Source of the DNA: an uncultured Chloroflexia bacterium
GTDB taxonomy: Bacteria > Chloroflexota > Chloroflexia > Thermomicrobiales > UBA6265
NCBI GenBank assembly: GCA_963724295.1
Contig: CAVRUC010000001.1
Span: 64,001-128,000, forward strand
Reading direction: 5' to 3'
Length of the DNA: 64,000 bases
Position 1 is the stretch's first letter, and every line of letters starts with the position of its first letter. Both the position numbers and the translations under genes were made by a program. Of this stretch, positions 1-10,012 are shown in pieces. The notes beneath the pieces were generated by a model. That model saw only the letters and a program-made list of their open reading frames with translations, ran no database searches and had not been told where the DNA came from.

Positions 1-479
1 TCGGTCTGGAGGCGCAGATCGGTCTCACGATCGGCGTGCGCCGCGACGGCGTTCTTCATGTGGGCTGTGGTGTGAAACATCTGCACGAAGGGTGTTTCCC
101 AGTAGCGCCGCGCCAGCTCGGCGACCCAGCCCGACAGCCAGTAGTGGGCATGGACGACGTCATAGCGGACGCCCTCGCGAACGGAGTAGAGCGCCATCTG
201 CTCTGCAAACTCGGGGAGAAGGGGGAAGAGCTCGTTCTTGGAGATTGGTTCCGGGGGGCCGGCGGTGACGGCAATCACATTCACGCCGGGAAAGAATTCT
301 CTGATTTCCGGGGTGTTGGGATCGGTGCGGCGGGTGAAGATATCGACCGGCAGTCCCTGCAGTGCGAGATGACAGGCGAGCTCCCGGATGTAGACATTCA
401 TTCCCCCCGCGTCGGTTCTGCCCAACGCGGCCAGGGGGGAGGTATGAACCGAGATCTGTGCTGCGCGGCGGAGGGGCAT
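1..479 (-). CDS. GT4 glycosyltransferase, MshA-like (5' part only; runs off window)
   Basis: Manual translation of minus strand from ATG at 479: MPLRRAAQISVHTSPLAALGRTDAGGMNVYIRELA...YDVVHAHYWLSG...FVQMFHT, matching MshA-family motifs. Confidence 0.85.
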   Translation of the reverse strand, partial: MPLRRAAQISVHTSPLAALGRTDAGGMNVYIRELACHLALQGLPVDIFTRRTDPNTPEIREFFPGVNVIAVTAGPPEPISKNELFPLLPEFAEQMALYSVREGVRYDVVHAHYWLSGWVAELARRYWETPFVQMFHTTAHMKNAVAAHADRETDLRLQT

Positions 480-760
480 ATCGGTCTCATAGCCGAAGAC
501 CGACGGCCCACCATACGGGGCGACTGACACGTTCCAGGCCTTTCCGAAATTTTCAGATCAACGATGCAAATAGCGCAGGGTCGTGAAACCAGGTCTCATC
601 CTGCAACCGACCGAGCCGAATCCGATCGCCAGCCTGCCGAGCATACCAGCAACCGCTCAACGCCGGGCGCACGGCCCGAGTTCCCGAGGATCATTGGGAC
701 ACCAGGTGGACATCCATCAGCACCTGGACCCTGGAGATAGGCTCGGTCGGGGTTGGCGGC

Positions 761-1339
761 CTAGCCGCCTTTCGGAATGAGGAGACCGTAGGCGCCATCG
801 CGGCGGCGGTAGACGACGCTGGGGATGTCTTCGTCCACGTAGTGGAAGAGGAAGAAGTCGTGACCCAGCAGCTCCATCTGCTCGATGGCTTCTTCGACGT
901 CCATCGGCTTCACCGCGAAGCGTTTGGTGCGGACGAGGTCGCCGACGTCTTGCTCGTCGTCCAGCTCGATCTCGTCGATGGCCGAGATGACCTCTGGCTC
1001 CGGACCACCATCCCGGATGGTCGCTTGACCGGGAGCGTGGCGACGCGACCGTTTGTCATGGACGCGCCGGATCTGGCGCTCGAGCTTGTCGAATGCCTGG
1101 TCGATGGCGACCATCTGGTCGGCCGCGCGCTCTTCGGCGCGGAGGACTTCGCGGCCGGAGCGGATGGTGATTTGCGCGGCCGTGGTGTCGGGACCGACCC
1201 GGTTATGGAGGGCACGCAGTTCGAGCTTGGCGTCGACGACTCGATTGAGCATGCGGTCAAGTCGAGTCGCGCGCCTGTCGATGAACTCGCGCAGGCCGTC
1301 GTTGATCCTGACGCCGTTACCGCGGACCTGAATCTCCAT
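761..1339 (-). CDS. hpf: Ribosome hibernation promoting factor (long HPF / RaiA)
   Basis: N-terminal S30AE-type domain and C-terminal LVRTKRFAVKPMDVEEAIEQMELLGHDFFLF...VVYRRRDGAYGL; AAGGAG RBS. Confidence 0.95.
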   Translation of the reverse strand: MEIQVRGNGVRINDGLREFIDRRATRLDRMLNRVVDAKLELRALHNRVGPDTTAAQITIRSGREVLRAEERAADQMVAIDQAFDKLERQIRRVHDKRSRRHAPGQATIRDGGPEPEVISAIDEIELDDEQDVGDLVRTKRFAVKPMDVEEAIEQMELLGHDFFLFHYVDEDIPSVVYRRRDGAYGLLIPKGG

Positions 1340-1453
1340 CGACGCGCTCCTTCCTGACCTTAAGGATGCGACCGCGGCGAGGGGTGGGCTCGCCTCGCCG
1401 ACGGCAACGGAGGAATCGCGAAGGGTGTAAAGCAGTGAGCGAGTGCAAATCGG

Positions 1454-1526
1454 TGCCCGCGGAGGGACTCGAACCCCCGACGCCCACCTTAGGACGGTGG
1501 CGCTCTATCCGCTGAGCTACACGGGC
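1454..1526 (-). tRNA. tRNA-Arg(CCT)
   Basis: Cloverleaf GCCCGTG...CCACC-GTCCTAA-GGTGG...GGTTCGAGTCC...CGCGGGC-A; CCA not encoded. Confidence 0.93.
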
Positions 1527-1725
1527 ATGAGGAACCATAACCACTGTAATAACCATGCTAGCACAGCCCATGCCGTGGATCCTCATGATGCGCCTCGGGG
1601 CGGCCGTTGAGTGTACGTACACCCGGGTTCAGATTGATGTTGTTGACGGCGACATCAGCCACCCTCGATGTCGCAGCCGGGTCAGACCACGCATCACAAG
1701 CCAGTAATGGCTCTAGACAACCGAA

Positions 1726-1754
1726 TTGCCGGTATACCTGCCCTATGGTATCTT
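1726..1754 (+). promoter_or_regulatory. Sigma70-type promoter for tRNA-Pro (and possibly selA)
   Basis: TTGCCG-17 bp-TATCTT with extended -10 TG, 9 nt before the tRNA. Confidence 0.6.
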
Positions 1755-1763
1755 CGACAAATG

Positions 1764-1840
<77 letters not shown>

Positions 1841-1892
1841 GCACCGGGAGTGGCTCCGCGCCGCTCCCGTTCTTGTTTCGGATTCGCCTGCC

Positions 1893-3335
1893 ATGCCGAG
1901 CCCTCATCCCACCTCCAGCGGCGATGCGACCACCGGCGTTCGTCTCAGCGAGAGCATTTCCGACGCTAACGGCGACCGATTTCGGGAAATTCCCCCTGTC
2001 TCGGCGATCGTGGCCGAGGCGAAGCGGCTGGGAAGTGAAATCACCGAAGATGCGCTGACGCGCCTGGCGCGAGCCGAGCTTGAGGATGTACGCCAGGCGA
2101 TCGTCGCCGGCGAAACGCTCAACCGGCCGCAGATCGAGCGACGCGTCACCGACGCAATAGCCGCGTTGGAGCAGCCGCGTCTCGCCGCGGTTCTCAATGC
2201 CACCGGCGTCGTCATTCATACCAACCTCGGTCGCGCGCCGGTGAGCGAGGAGACGGCCGAGGCAATGCGCGAGGCGGCCGCCCACGCGGTCCCGCTCGAA
2301 ATCGAGCGGGAGAGCAACGAGCGCGGTGGCCGGATGCGCGAGATCTCCGGGCTGCTGCGCGCGCTGACCGGGGCAGAAGCGGCGCTGGTCGTGAACAACT
2401 GTGCCTCCGCGGTGCTTTTGGTGCTGGCCGCGGTAGCGACCGGCAAGGAGGTCGTCGTTTCGCGGGGAGAAGCCGTTGAGATCGGTGGTGGATTCCGCGT
2501 CCCTGACGTCCTGCGCCAGTCAGGGGCGCGTCTGGTCGAGGTCGGCACCACGAACCGGACCTACGCCCGCGACTATGCGACCGCGACGAATGAAGAGACC
2601 GGCGCCTTCTTGAAAGTGCACCCGAGCAATTTCCGAGCGTTCGGGTTTGTCCACTCCGCTTCGACGGCAGAGTTGGTCGTGCTGGCGCGCGAGCATGGGC
2701 TGCCGGTTCTGGAAGACCTTGGCAGCGGAGCGCTACTCGATACATCCCGCTTCGGCCTTGCGCCGGAGCCGACGATTATTGAAGCCATTGCCGCCGGCGC
2801 GGATCTCGTCATGGCGAGCGCCGACAAGCTGCTTGGTGGGCCTCAGGGCGGAATCATCATCGGGTCCGCTTCATGGGTTGAGCGTGTCGCCCGTCACCCC
2901 CTGGCGCGTGCCGTGCGCGCCGACAAGACCGCCCTCGCGGGCATCGCGACGACGCTACGCCACTACCTGCGAGGAGAGGCGGAATCACGCGTGCCGATCT
3001 GGCGCATGATCACGGCGCCGGCAGACACGATTCAGATGCGGGCGACGGCCCTGGCTGCCGCACTAGGGCAGGACGGTGTGGGAGCCGGTGTCGAGCCCGT
3101 GCAGGCCACTGTCGGCGGCGGATCGCTCCCCGGCGAGACACTGCCCAGCTGGGCTATCGTGCTCTCTCCCGCTGTTGGAGAGGGCGTCGATACCCTGGCC
3201 CGCCGAGTCCGGCTGGGCGACCCGGGCGTTTTTGGACGCATCGACCAAGACCGACTCCTGCTCGATCTGCGGACCGTCTTGCCTGAGGATGACGAGACCC
3301 TGCTTCGCTCTCTGCGCCACTCGCTGGGAACGTAG
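1893..3335 (+). CDS. selA: L-seryl-tRNA(Sec) selenium transferase
   Basis: VLNATGVVIHTNLGRAP, VSRGEAVEIGGGFRVPDV, EVGTTNRT, DLGSG, SADKLLGGPQGG, VGGGSLP motifs; start codon uncertain. Confidence 0.95.
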   Translation: MPSPHPTSSGDATTGVRLSESISDANGDRFREIPPVSAIVAEAKRLGSEITEDALTRLARAELEDVRQAIVAGETLNRPQIERRVTDAIAALEQPRLAAVLNATGVVIHTNLGRAPVSEETAEAMREAAAHAVPLEIERESNERGGRMREISGLLRALTGAEAALVVNNCASAVLLVLAAVATGKEVVVSRGEAVEIGGGFRVPDVLRQSGARLVEVGTTNRTYARDYATATNEETGAFLKVHPSNFRAFGFVHSASTAELVVLAREHGLPVLEDLGSGALLDTSRFGLAPEPTIIEAIAAGADLVMASADKLLGGPQGGIIIGSASWVERVARHPLARAVRADKTALAGIATTLRHYLRGEAESRVPIWRMITAPADTIQMRATALAAALGQDGVGAGVEPVQATVGGGSLPGETLPSWAIVLSPAVGEGVDTLARRVRLGDPGVFGRIDQDRLLLDLRTVLPEDDETLLRSLRHSLGT

Positions 3336-3344
3336 AAGACGGGG

Positions 3345-5258
3345 CTACCGCCCCGAGGCCGCCTGGGGCCGATCTCCGTCCCGTGTATCGCGAAAATACG
3401 GGCTGGGTGGCGGGTAGAACTGCCGGTGGCGCTCGTAGAGCGCCGATAGCTGCTGGCGCAGATCGCTCAACGCCTCCAGATCATCCGTCTCCTCGGCGGC
3501 CGCGATGCTGCTCTGCAGCTGGCCCATCAGATAGTCGAACCGCTCCTTCTCGAGCCGGATCAGGGCGCGCCGAGCGTCGCGCTCGATCTGGCCGGGGTAT
3601 TGGCTCGGGGTCTGCTCGAGTCGTTCCAGGAGCACTTCGGCGTGATCGGCGACGGCATCGTCGAGACCAGCGACGATCATCTCCGCCGCCATCTGCAAAG
3701 GAATCTCAGGATCTTGCAGGACGCGTAGCAATTCCCGATTGCGCGCATCGGCCAGAACCTCCATGGGCACCACAGGCAGGACGTGCTGGCAGATTTCCCG
3801 GTAACGCAATAGCAGCGCCAGAAGGTGGTCCTCGTTCGAGGAGCGTGTGGCAGCAGTTGGCGCCGCAACTCGAGAGGAGCGCGGCGCGGTACTCCGCACC
3901 GCGCCGCGGCGAAGCTCGCGCAAGACGCTGCTCTCCGGAAGCTGCAGCTTGCGGGCGATGATCCCGGCGTAGTGCGCCTGCACGACCTGATCGCCGGCGG
4001 CCTCGAGAAGTGGTATCAGCCGCCGCACCGACGCCGCTTTGGCCGGCGCATCGGCGAGGTCAACGGCTGAGAGCGCGGCGTCAATATAGAAATCGAGAAA
4101 TGGCTGGGCGCTGGCGACGACGGCCGGCCAGGAGGCGGCATCACGCCGGATCAGCTCATCGGGGTCTTTGCCTTCCGGTAAGCGCACGATCGAGATCTGG
4201 CTCTTGAAGCGGCGCTGCCAGACGATCATCGTCTCGGCCCGCGGCCGGCTGGCGTCACGCTCGGCGCCGATCGGTGTCAGCTCCTGGTCGAGCGCTCCCG
4301 GAAGCATCTCCAGGGAGCGGACGGTGGCGCCTTGACCGGCCGCGTCGGCGTCGAGGGCAAGCACGATGTTGCGACTCAACCGTTTGACGAGCCCGATCTG
4401 CTGTTCCGTGACGGCGGTGCCCATCGCGGCGACGACATTCGGGTAACCGTATTGGTGGGCGGCGATGGCATCCATGTACCCCTCGACGATGACGACCTGA
4501 TCGTCCCGCCGGATGGACTCCTGAGCCAGATCGAGTCCAAAGAGGAGCGTGCTCTTGTCGAAGATCACGGACTGGGGAGAGTTGAGATACTTCGGGATGG
4601 CGTCGCCGAGCGCGCGGCCGCCGAAGCCGACGACGCGGCCCTCCCGCGTGCGGATAGGGAAGAGCAGGCGATTGCGGAATCGATCGCGGTAGCCGCCGCT
4701 CTCTCGCTCGCTGAGGAGGCCCGCCTCCGCCGCGAGCGCGGGATCGACTCCGCGCTGGTTCAGGTAACGACCCAGCGCGTCGCCATCGGGAGCAAAGCCC
4801 AGACCAAAACGTTCCGCGATCTCGGCCGAGACACCGCGCTGTGTGAGCACGTCGCGACCAGCGGCCCCTGGGGTGGTGTTGCGCAAGATGTTGGTGTAAT
4901 ACGCCGCGGCCAGCTCGTTGAGCTCGACCAGCCGGTTGCGATGTGCGTCGACTTCCGGAGGCAGAGTCGGTGCATTGACGAGTTCGATGCCCGCCCGCTT
5001 GGCGAGCTCCTGCAAAGCGTCGCGGAACTCGACATGCTCGACACCCATATAGAACGTGAAGACATCGCCGCCCCGACCGCAGCCGAAGCAATGGAAGTTG
5101 CCCGACTCCGGGAAGACGACAAAGGAGGGGGTCTTTTCCTGATGGAATGGACAGAGACCCTTGAATGATCGCCCGGTCTTTTTGAGCTGAACGTAGTTGG
5201 AGACGAGATCGACGATCTCGGTGCGATCCCGTACTTCCGCGACGGCATCCCGGGCCAT
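3345..5258 (-). CDS. dnaG: DNA primase
   Basis: CHC2 zinc finger CPFHQEKTPSF...CFGC, PKYLNSP, TOPRIM VEGYMD/LDADAAG. Confidence 0.97.
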   Translation of the reverse strand: MARDAVAEVRDRTEIVDLVSNYVQLKKTGRSFKGLCPFHQEKTPSFVVFPESGNFHCFGCGRGGDVFTFYMGVEHVEFRDALQELAKRAGIELVNAPTLPPEVDAHRNRLVELNELAAAYYTNILRNTTPGAAGRDVLTQRGVSAEIAERFGLGFAPDGDALGRYLNQRGVDPALAAEAGLLSERESGGYRDRFRNRLLFPIRTREGRVVGFGGRALGDAIPKYLNSPQSVIFDKSTLLFGLDLAQESIRRDDQVVIVEGYMDAIAAHQYGYPNVVAAMGTAVTEQQIGLVKRLSRNIVLALDADAAGQGATVRSLEMLPGALDQELTPIGAERDASRPRAETMIVWQRRFKSQISIVRLPEGKDPDELIRRDAASWPAVVASAQPFLDFYIDAALSAVDLADAPAKAASVRRLIPLLEAAGDQVVQAHYAGIIARKLQLPESSVLRELRRGAVRSTAPRSSRVAAPTAATRSSNEDHLLALLLRYREICQHVLPVVPMEVLADARNRELLRVLQDPEIPLQMAAEMIVAGLDDAVADHAEVLLERLEQTPSQYPGQIERDARRALIRLEKERFDYLMGQLQSSIAAAEETDDLEALSDLRQQLSALYERHRQFYPPPSPYFRDTRDGDRPQAASGR

Positions 5259-5294
5259 ATTGTCGTGCTCCCCGGGGAGACCCTGGCTCCCCGC

Positions 5295-6338
5295 TCAGAC
5301 GGACCAATGGTGCGGGACGAAGATCTCTTCGTAGAGCTCGATCGCGTAGCGGTCGGTCATGCTCGCCACGAAATCGGCCACGCGCCGCGGGGATTCTGCA
5401 TCGCTGCGGGATCGGTACTCCGCCGGAAGTCGATCGGGGTCTTCGAGGAAGTGCGCGTAGAGCGCGCGGACGATGTGCTGCGCCCGCTGCGTGTTCGCAT
5501 CCTCGTTGAGCGGAGTGTACACCTGACGGAAGAGGAACTCCCGTAACGAGTCGGCGGCCTGCTGGACGTGGGGCGAGATGGCGATGAAGCCGGGCGCTGA
5601 CGAGGCGTCGGAATGGGCAATGACGTCGCTGACGAGTGTATTGATGCGGCGTGAGTGGGTCGCCCCCAGAACCTCGACGATGTCTGGCGGGATAGCTTCT
5701 ACCGCAACCAGACCGGCTCGCAGCGCGTCGTCGAGATCATGATTGATATAGGCGATGCCGTCGGCGATCCGAACGACCTCACCTTCGAGCGTATCCGCCA
5801 CGCCCGCCGCGGAGTGGGTGATTCCCGAGCGGAGCTTGGAGTGACGAAGAATGCCGTCGCGGACAGGAAACGTCAAATTGAGACCGCGCCCATCCCGTTC
5901 TAGATAATCGACGACACGAAGACTCTGCTCGTTGTGGCGAAAGCCAGGAAAGGCTTCGGCCAGAGCTGCCTCGCCGGCATGGCCGAACGGCGTGTGACCC
6001 AGATCGTGGCCGAGACCGATCGCCTCGACGAGGTCCTCGTTGAGGAGGAGCGCCCGGCCGATAGTGCGAGCGATCTGGGTCACCTCGAGGGTATGGGTGA
6101 GGCGGGTTCGGTAGTGGTCGCCGGCGGGAGCGATAAAGACCTGGGTCTTGTGCATCAGGCGGCGGAAGCTCTTGGAGTGCAGGACGCGATCGCGGTCGCG
6201 CTGGAACGCGGTCCGCAAGTCGGACTCTGGTTCAGGCGAGGGTCGTTGGGCTCCCCGGCTTGGCGTGCCGGCGGCGGCGAGAAACTGCGCTTCCTGCGCT
6301 TCCTGGCGTTCCCGAATTGTAGTCACGGCGTCCGTCAC
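5295..6338 (-). CDS. dgt: Deoxyguanosinetriphosphate triphosphohydrolase-like HD protein
   Basis: RTAFQRDRDRVLHSKSFRRL.HKTQVF, RTRLTHTLEV, GHDLGHTPFGHAGE; GTG start at 6338 chosen from the RBS. Confidence 0.92.
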   Translation of the reverse strand: MTDAVTTIRERQEAQEAQFLAAAGTPSRGAQRPSPEPESDLRTAFQRDRDRVLHSKSFRRLMHKTQVFIAPAGDHYRTRLTHTLEVTQIARTIGRALLLNEDLVEAIGLGHDLGHTPFGHAGEAALAEAFPGFRHNEQSLRVVDYLERDGRGLNLTFPVRDGILRHSKLRSGITHSAAGVADTLEGEVVRIADGIAYINHDLDDALRAGLVAVEAIPPDIVEVLGATHSRRINTLVSDVIAHSDASSAPGFIAISPHVQQAADSLREFLFRQVYTPLNEDANTQRAQHIVRALYAHFLEDPDRLPAEYRSRSDAESPRRVADFVASMTDRYAIELYEEIFVPHHWSV

Positions 6339-6384
6339 GACATATCCCCGAAGCGTCGATGCGGGATCATGACGGCCATCCGCT

Positions 6385-8643
6385 TTAATCGATGACGTCC
6401 ATAGCGGCGAGACTTGCGAGCAGGCGCTTCGTCCCGTGGCGCACGAAGTTGACCGCAACTTCCTGGTCACCGCCGCGCTCACTGGCTTCGATGACCTGGC
6501 CCTCCCCGAACTTCGGATGAAAGACCGTCTGTCCCGGCTCGTAGGTCATCGCGAATACGTCGGGCACAATTGCGGCGGAGCCAGAGCCGCGCACCTTGTC
6601 GCGCAGACTGCCTGCTGATCCCGGGCGAAGCGCGCCGCGGCGACCCAGACTGCGCAGGAGATGGTCAGGGATCGACTGCAGGAACCGCGAGGGTACGGAA
6701 TAGCCGAACCGGCCGTAGGTGGCGCGCGAGCTGGCGTAGGTCAGATAGAGCAGCCGCTTTGCGCGGGTCATGCCGACGTAGAAGAGACGACGCTCCTCTT
6801 CCAGTTCCTCCGGGTTGAGGTGCTCGTTCTCGATGGCGCGGCTGATGGGCAACAGGCCCTCCTCAACGCCGGCCACGAAGACCACCGGAAATTCCAGACC
6901 CTTCGCCGAGTGAAGCGTGATCAGGGTGACGCGGCCGCGCTCATCAGTGTCGAGACTGTCGACGTCGGCAACCAGGGCGACCCGCTCCAGATAGGGAGCG
7001 ATCGTCTCGGAGGCCGGGGCGTCGCCGAGCCGCTCCAGCTCGGAACGGAGCTCGAGAATGTTAGCCCAGCGGTCGAGATCCTCTTCCTCTGTGCGATCGA
7101 ATGTGGCTCCATAGCCGGTGCGATCGACGATTGCATCGAAAAGTCCGGTGAGGGGAGTGTCCAGCGCCGTGTCTCGCAATGATGCAATCACCGAGCCGAC
7201 TCGCCGCGCCGCTGCGCGCGCGTTTCCGGAGAGAGCCGGAGTGTTCTCGGCGTCGCTCGCCCCGGCTATCGCCAGGAACCCATCCAGCATCGGGCGGCGC
7301 TCGGTGACCGCCCAGGTTCGGATCTCTTCGAGCGCGCGCGGACCGAGTCCGCGTCCGATGGGGAGATTGCCGACGACGCGTTCCAGGGCGATGCTGTCGG
7401 CTGGATTGTGGAGCAGGCGGAACATCGCCAGGACGTCCTTGACTTCCTTGCGCTCGTAGAAGCGGACGCCGCCGATGACTTGGTAGGGGATGCCGCGGAA
7501 CCGCAATCCTTCCTCGATGGCCCGGCTTTGCGCCGTGGTGCGGTACATGACGGCCACGTCGTCGTAGGCAACACCGTCGATCTCCGCCATGCGCCGGATC
7601 TCGTCGGTGATGAACTGGGCTTCATGCGCCTGGTCCGACAGCTCGCGCAGGACGATCTGCTCTCCGTCATCGTTCTCCGTGCGCAGGCGACGGTCGATGC
7701 GGGCCACGTTTTCGCGGATAACGCGGTCGGCGGCTTCGACAATGCGAGCAGTCGAACGGTAATTCAGCTCCAGGTGGATCTGGCGAGCATCGGGGTAATC
7801 CTTCTCGAAATCGAGGATGTTGCGAATGTCGGCCTGGCGCCAGCCGTAGATCGACTGGTCAGGGTCGCCGACGACGAACAGGTTGCGGTGCCGCTCTGCC
7901 AGCGCGGAGACCAGCACGTACTGCACGCGATTGGTGTCCTGATACTCGTCGACCATGACGTGCAAGAAGCGCTCCTGATAGCGTTGCAGAAGGTGGGGAG
8001 CTTCCTCGAAAAGGTTGATCGGTTGGGTGAGCAAGTCATCGAAATCGAGCGCGCTGGCCCGACGCAGGAGACGCTCGTACTCCTGGTAGACCCGAGCGAT
8101 GACCTCTTCGTCGTAGGTCGCGGCCTCATTCCGGAACTCGTCGGGGGAAATCAACTGGCTCTTGGCGGCAGAGATGCGAGCGCGCAGACGGCGGGGCTGG
8201 TAGAGCTTCGGATCGAGACCCACGTTCTTCAGCGCGGCCTTGACTGTTTCGATCTGGTCGCCGTCGTCATAGATCGAGAACTGCGGCATGATCCCCAGCC
8301 GGTCAGCCACGATCCCCGGATTCTCGCGCAGCAGGCGCGCTCCGAAGGCATGGAATGTGCCCATGGTGATGCCATCGAGCGGCCGTCCCTGGCGGAGTTG
8401 CTCGATGCGGGCCCGCATCTCGCGGGCCGCCTTGTTGGTGAAAGTCACGGCCAGGATGCGGTCGCCCGGGACCTGCTCGACCTCCATGAGGTAGGCGATA
8501 CGGTGGGTGAGCACGCGGGTTTTGCCCGACCCGGGTCCGGCGACGACCAGTACCGGTCCGCTGGTCGCGAGCACGGCTTCGCGCTGCGCGTCATTCAGCC
8601 CGCTGAGAAGTTCGGTTGCGATAGCGGACGTGATCGAATCCAA
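6385..8643 (-). CDS. pcrA: ATP-dependent DNA helicase PcrA/UvrD
   Basis: AGPGSGKT, TFTNKAA, DEYQDTN, GDPDQSIY, NYRS, TLHSAKGLEF, EERRLFYVGMTRA, C-terminal Tudor-like HPKFGEG; start approximate (listed ORF extends over the tRNA). Confidence 0.95.
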   Translation of the reverse strand: MDSITSAIATELLSGLNDAQREAVLATSGPVLVVAGPGSGKTRVLTHRIAYLMEVEQVPGDRILAVTFTNKAAREMRARIEQLRQGRPLDGITMGTFHAFGARLLRENPGIVADRLGIMPQFSIYDDGDQIETVKAALKNVGLDPKLYQPRRLRARISAAKSQLISPDEFRNEAATYDEEVIARVYQEYERLLRRASALDFDDLLTQPINLFEEAPHLLQRYQERFLHVMVDEYQDTNRVQYVLVSALAERHRNLFVVGDPDQSIYGWRQADIRNILDFEKDYPDARQIHLELNYRSTARIVEAADRVIRENVARIDRRLRTENDDGEQIVLRELSDQAHEAQFITDEIRRMAEIDGVAYDDVAVMYRTTAQSRAIEEGLRFRGIPYQVIGGVRFYERKEVKDVLAMFRLLHNPADSIALERVVGNLPIGRGLGPRALEEIRTWAVTERRPMLDGFLAIAGASDAENTPALSGNARAAARRVGSVIASLRDTALDTPLTGLFDAIVDRTGYGATFDRTEEEDLDRWANILELRSELERLGDAPASETIAPYLERVALVADVDSLDTDERGRVTLITLHSAKGLEFPVVFVAGVEEGLLPISRAIENEHLNPEELEEERRLFYVGMTRAKRLLYLTYASSRATYGRFGYSVPSRFLQSIPDHLLRSLGRRGALRPGSAGSLRDKVRGSGSAAIVPDVFAMTYEPGQTVFHPKFGEGQVIEASERGGDQEVAVNFVRHGTKRLLASLAAMDVID

Positions 8644-8750
8644 GGGCGGCGGTCTGCTCCGGACGTCTCTAGACCCGCAACGGGGGCGTGAGAAGTCTAG
8701 CATCGAGGCTGGTGGCATCCTGCCGGTTAGGCCCTCCCGGCCCGCCGCGT

Positions 8751-8780
8751 TTGACGCTCCGAAGCCGATCCAGTTACCAT
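8751..8780 (+). promoter_or_regulatory. Sigma70-type promoter for tRNA(CAT)-tilS-hpt
   Basis: TTGACG-18 bp-TACCAT, 13 nt upstream of the tRNA. Confidence 0.65.
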
Positions 8781-8793
8781 TTTCCCTAGAATT

Positions 8794-8868
8794 GCCGACG
8801 TAGCTCAGCGGCAGAGCAAGGGACTCATAAGCCCTTGGCCGGTGGTTCGATTCCACCCGTCGGCACCA
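8794..8868 (+). tRNA. tRNA with CAT anticodon (probably Ile2; elongator Met not excluded)
   Basis: GCCGACG acceptor paired at 1-72 (so not initiator), loop CTCATAA, GGTTCGATTCC, encoded CCA; abuts tilS. Confidence 0.92.
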
Positions 8869-8869
8869 G

Positions 8870-10012
8870 GTGAACCCCACGAGAAATCACACACGCGGCG
8901 AGCGATCCGGAAGCGCGGCGTCTCCTGCGAGGCGGCGCGGCCGAGCCCGCCGGCGTACGCCGGTCGGGTTCGAGCAGCGCCTGCTGGCTCGCGCACGGGC
9001 CGTGGAGTTCGCGGCTCACGATCGGATCGCGGTCGGATTCTCCGGCGGCCGTGACTCGCTGGCGCTCGCCGCCGCGTTGGGGTGGGTGCAGGCGTCCCTC
9101 GGCGTCGAACCGGTGCTCGTCCACGTCGACCACCAGTTGCGCCCATCTTCTGGCGACGAAGCAACGCGAGCCGCCGAACTTGCCGAATCGCTCGAACTGG
9201 AATTTCAGGCAGTTAGGGTTTCAACGCCGCCGACCGATATCCATTCCGGAGTCGGGGTGGAGGAGGCGGCACGCCGGGAGCGCTACCAGTGTCTTTTCGA
9301 GGTGGCGGCGTGCTTCGGTGCGCGCGCCGTGGCCACGGCGCATCATCGCGGCGACCAGGCGGAGACGGTGCTGTTGCATCTCCTGCGCGGGTCGGGCGTG
9401 CACGGGGCCGGCGCGATGGCCGAGCGCTCGGCACCCCCATTCCCCGACCCCGGCTCCCCTCGCGACATATCCCCAGAGAACCAGGGAATCAGGGCATGGC
9501 TGTGGCGTCCATTGTTGAACGAGCCGCGCGAGGTCATCGAGGCGTACGTCGCGACACTGGGTCTGGTGCCTGTCGAGGATCCGTCCAACAGCGATACAGC
9601 GTTGCGGCGCAACGCATTGCGCCATGACGTGTTTCCGGTGCTGGAGACGCATTTCCCGGGTGCGGCGAGCGCGCTGGCGCGATACGCGGCCCTTGCCGCC
9701 GAAGATGACCGCGCGCTGCAAGCGCTGGCGCTGCCCGTCCTCAGGGCAGCAGTCGACCCGGGTGGACGGCTTGTGGCGGCTTCGTTGCGCGGGCAACCGC
9801 CGGCCGTTCAGCGGCGCGTGATCCGCGGCTGGCTGGAGGAGGCCACGAACGCGAACTGGCTCTCCGCCGAACGGACCGACGCCGTGCTCCTGCTTGCCCA
9901 ATCAAGACAGAGTGGACCAGCGCTCGAGATCGGTGAGGGCTGGACGGTTCGCCTCGAGCGCGGGATGCTGAGCCTGGAGCGGACGGCGAGCCGAAACGAG
10001 GAGGGCCCATGA
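8870..10012 (+). CDS. tilS: tRNA(Ile)-lysidine synthetase
   Basis: PP-loop SGGRDS, HVDHQLR, EEAARRERY, TAHHRGDQAETVL, RPLL, EDPSN...RNALR. Confidence 0.95.
   Translation: MNPTRNHTRGERSGSAASPARRRGRARRRTPVGFEQRLLARARAVEFAAHDRIAVGFSGGRDSLALAAALGWVQASLGVEPVLVHVDHQLRPSSGDEATRAAELAESLELEFQAVRVSTPPTDIHSGVGVEEAARRERYQCLFEVAACFGARAVATAHHRGDQAETVLLHLLRGSGVHGAGAMAERSAPPFPDPGSPRDISPENQGIRAWLWRPLLNEPREVIEAYVATLGLVPVEDPSNSDTALRRNALRHDVFPVLETHFPGAASALARYAALAAEDDRALQALALPVLRAAVDPGGRLVAASLRGQPPAVQRRVIRGWLEEATNANWLSAERTDAVLLLAQSRQSGPALEIGEGWTVRLERGMLSLERTASRNEEGP

Noticed and set aside
1340..1450. Possible raiA-motif RNA upstream of hpf
   Set aside because: Only ~110 nt with one hairpin; too short for the known multi-stem motif
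1444..1460. Sigma54-like GGCACCGATTTGCA upstream of hpf (minus strand)
   Set aside because: Spacing from GGCAC is N9 rather than N10, and it overlaps the tRNA 3' end
6385..8880. 831-aa extended PcrA N-terminus
   Set aside because: The extension is antisense to the tRNA(CAT) gene and its promoter; true start is near 8643
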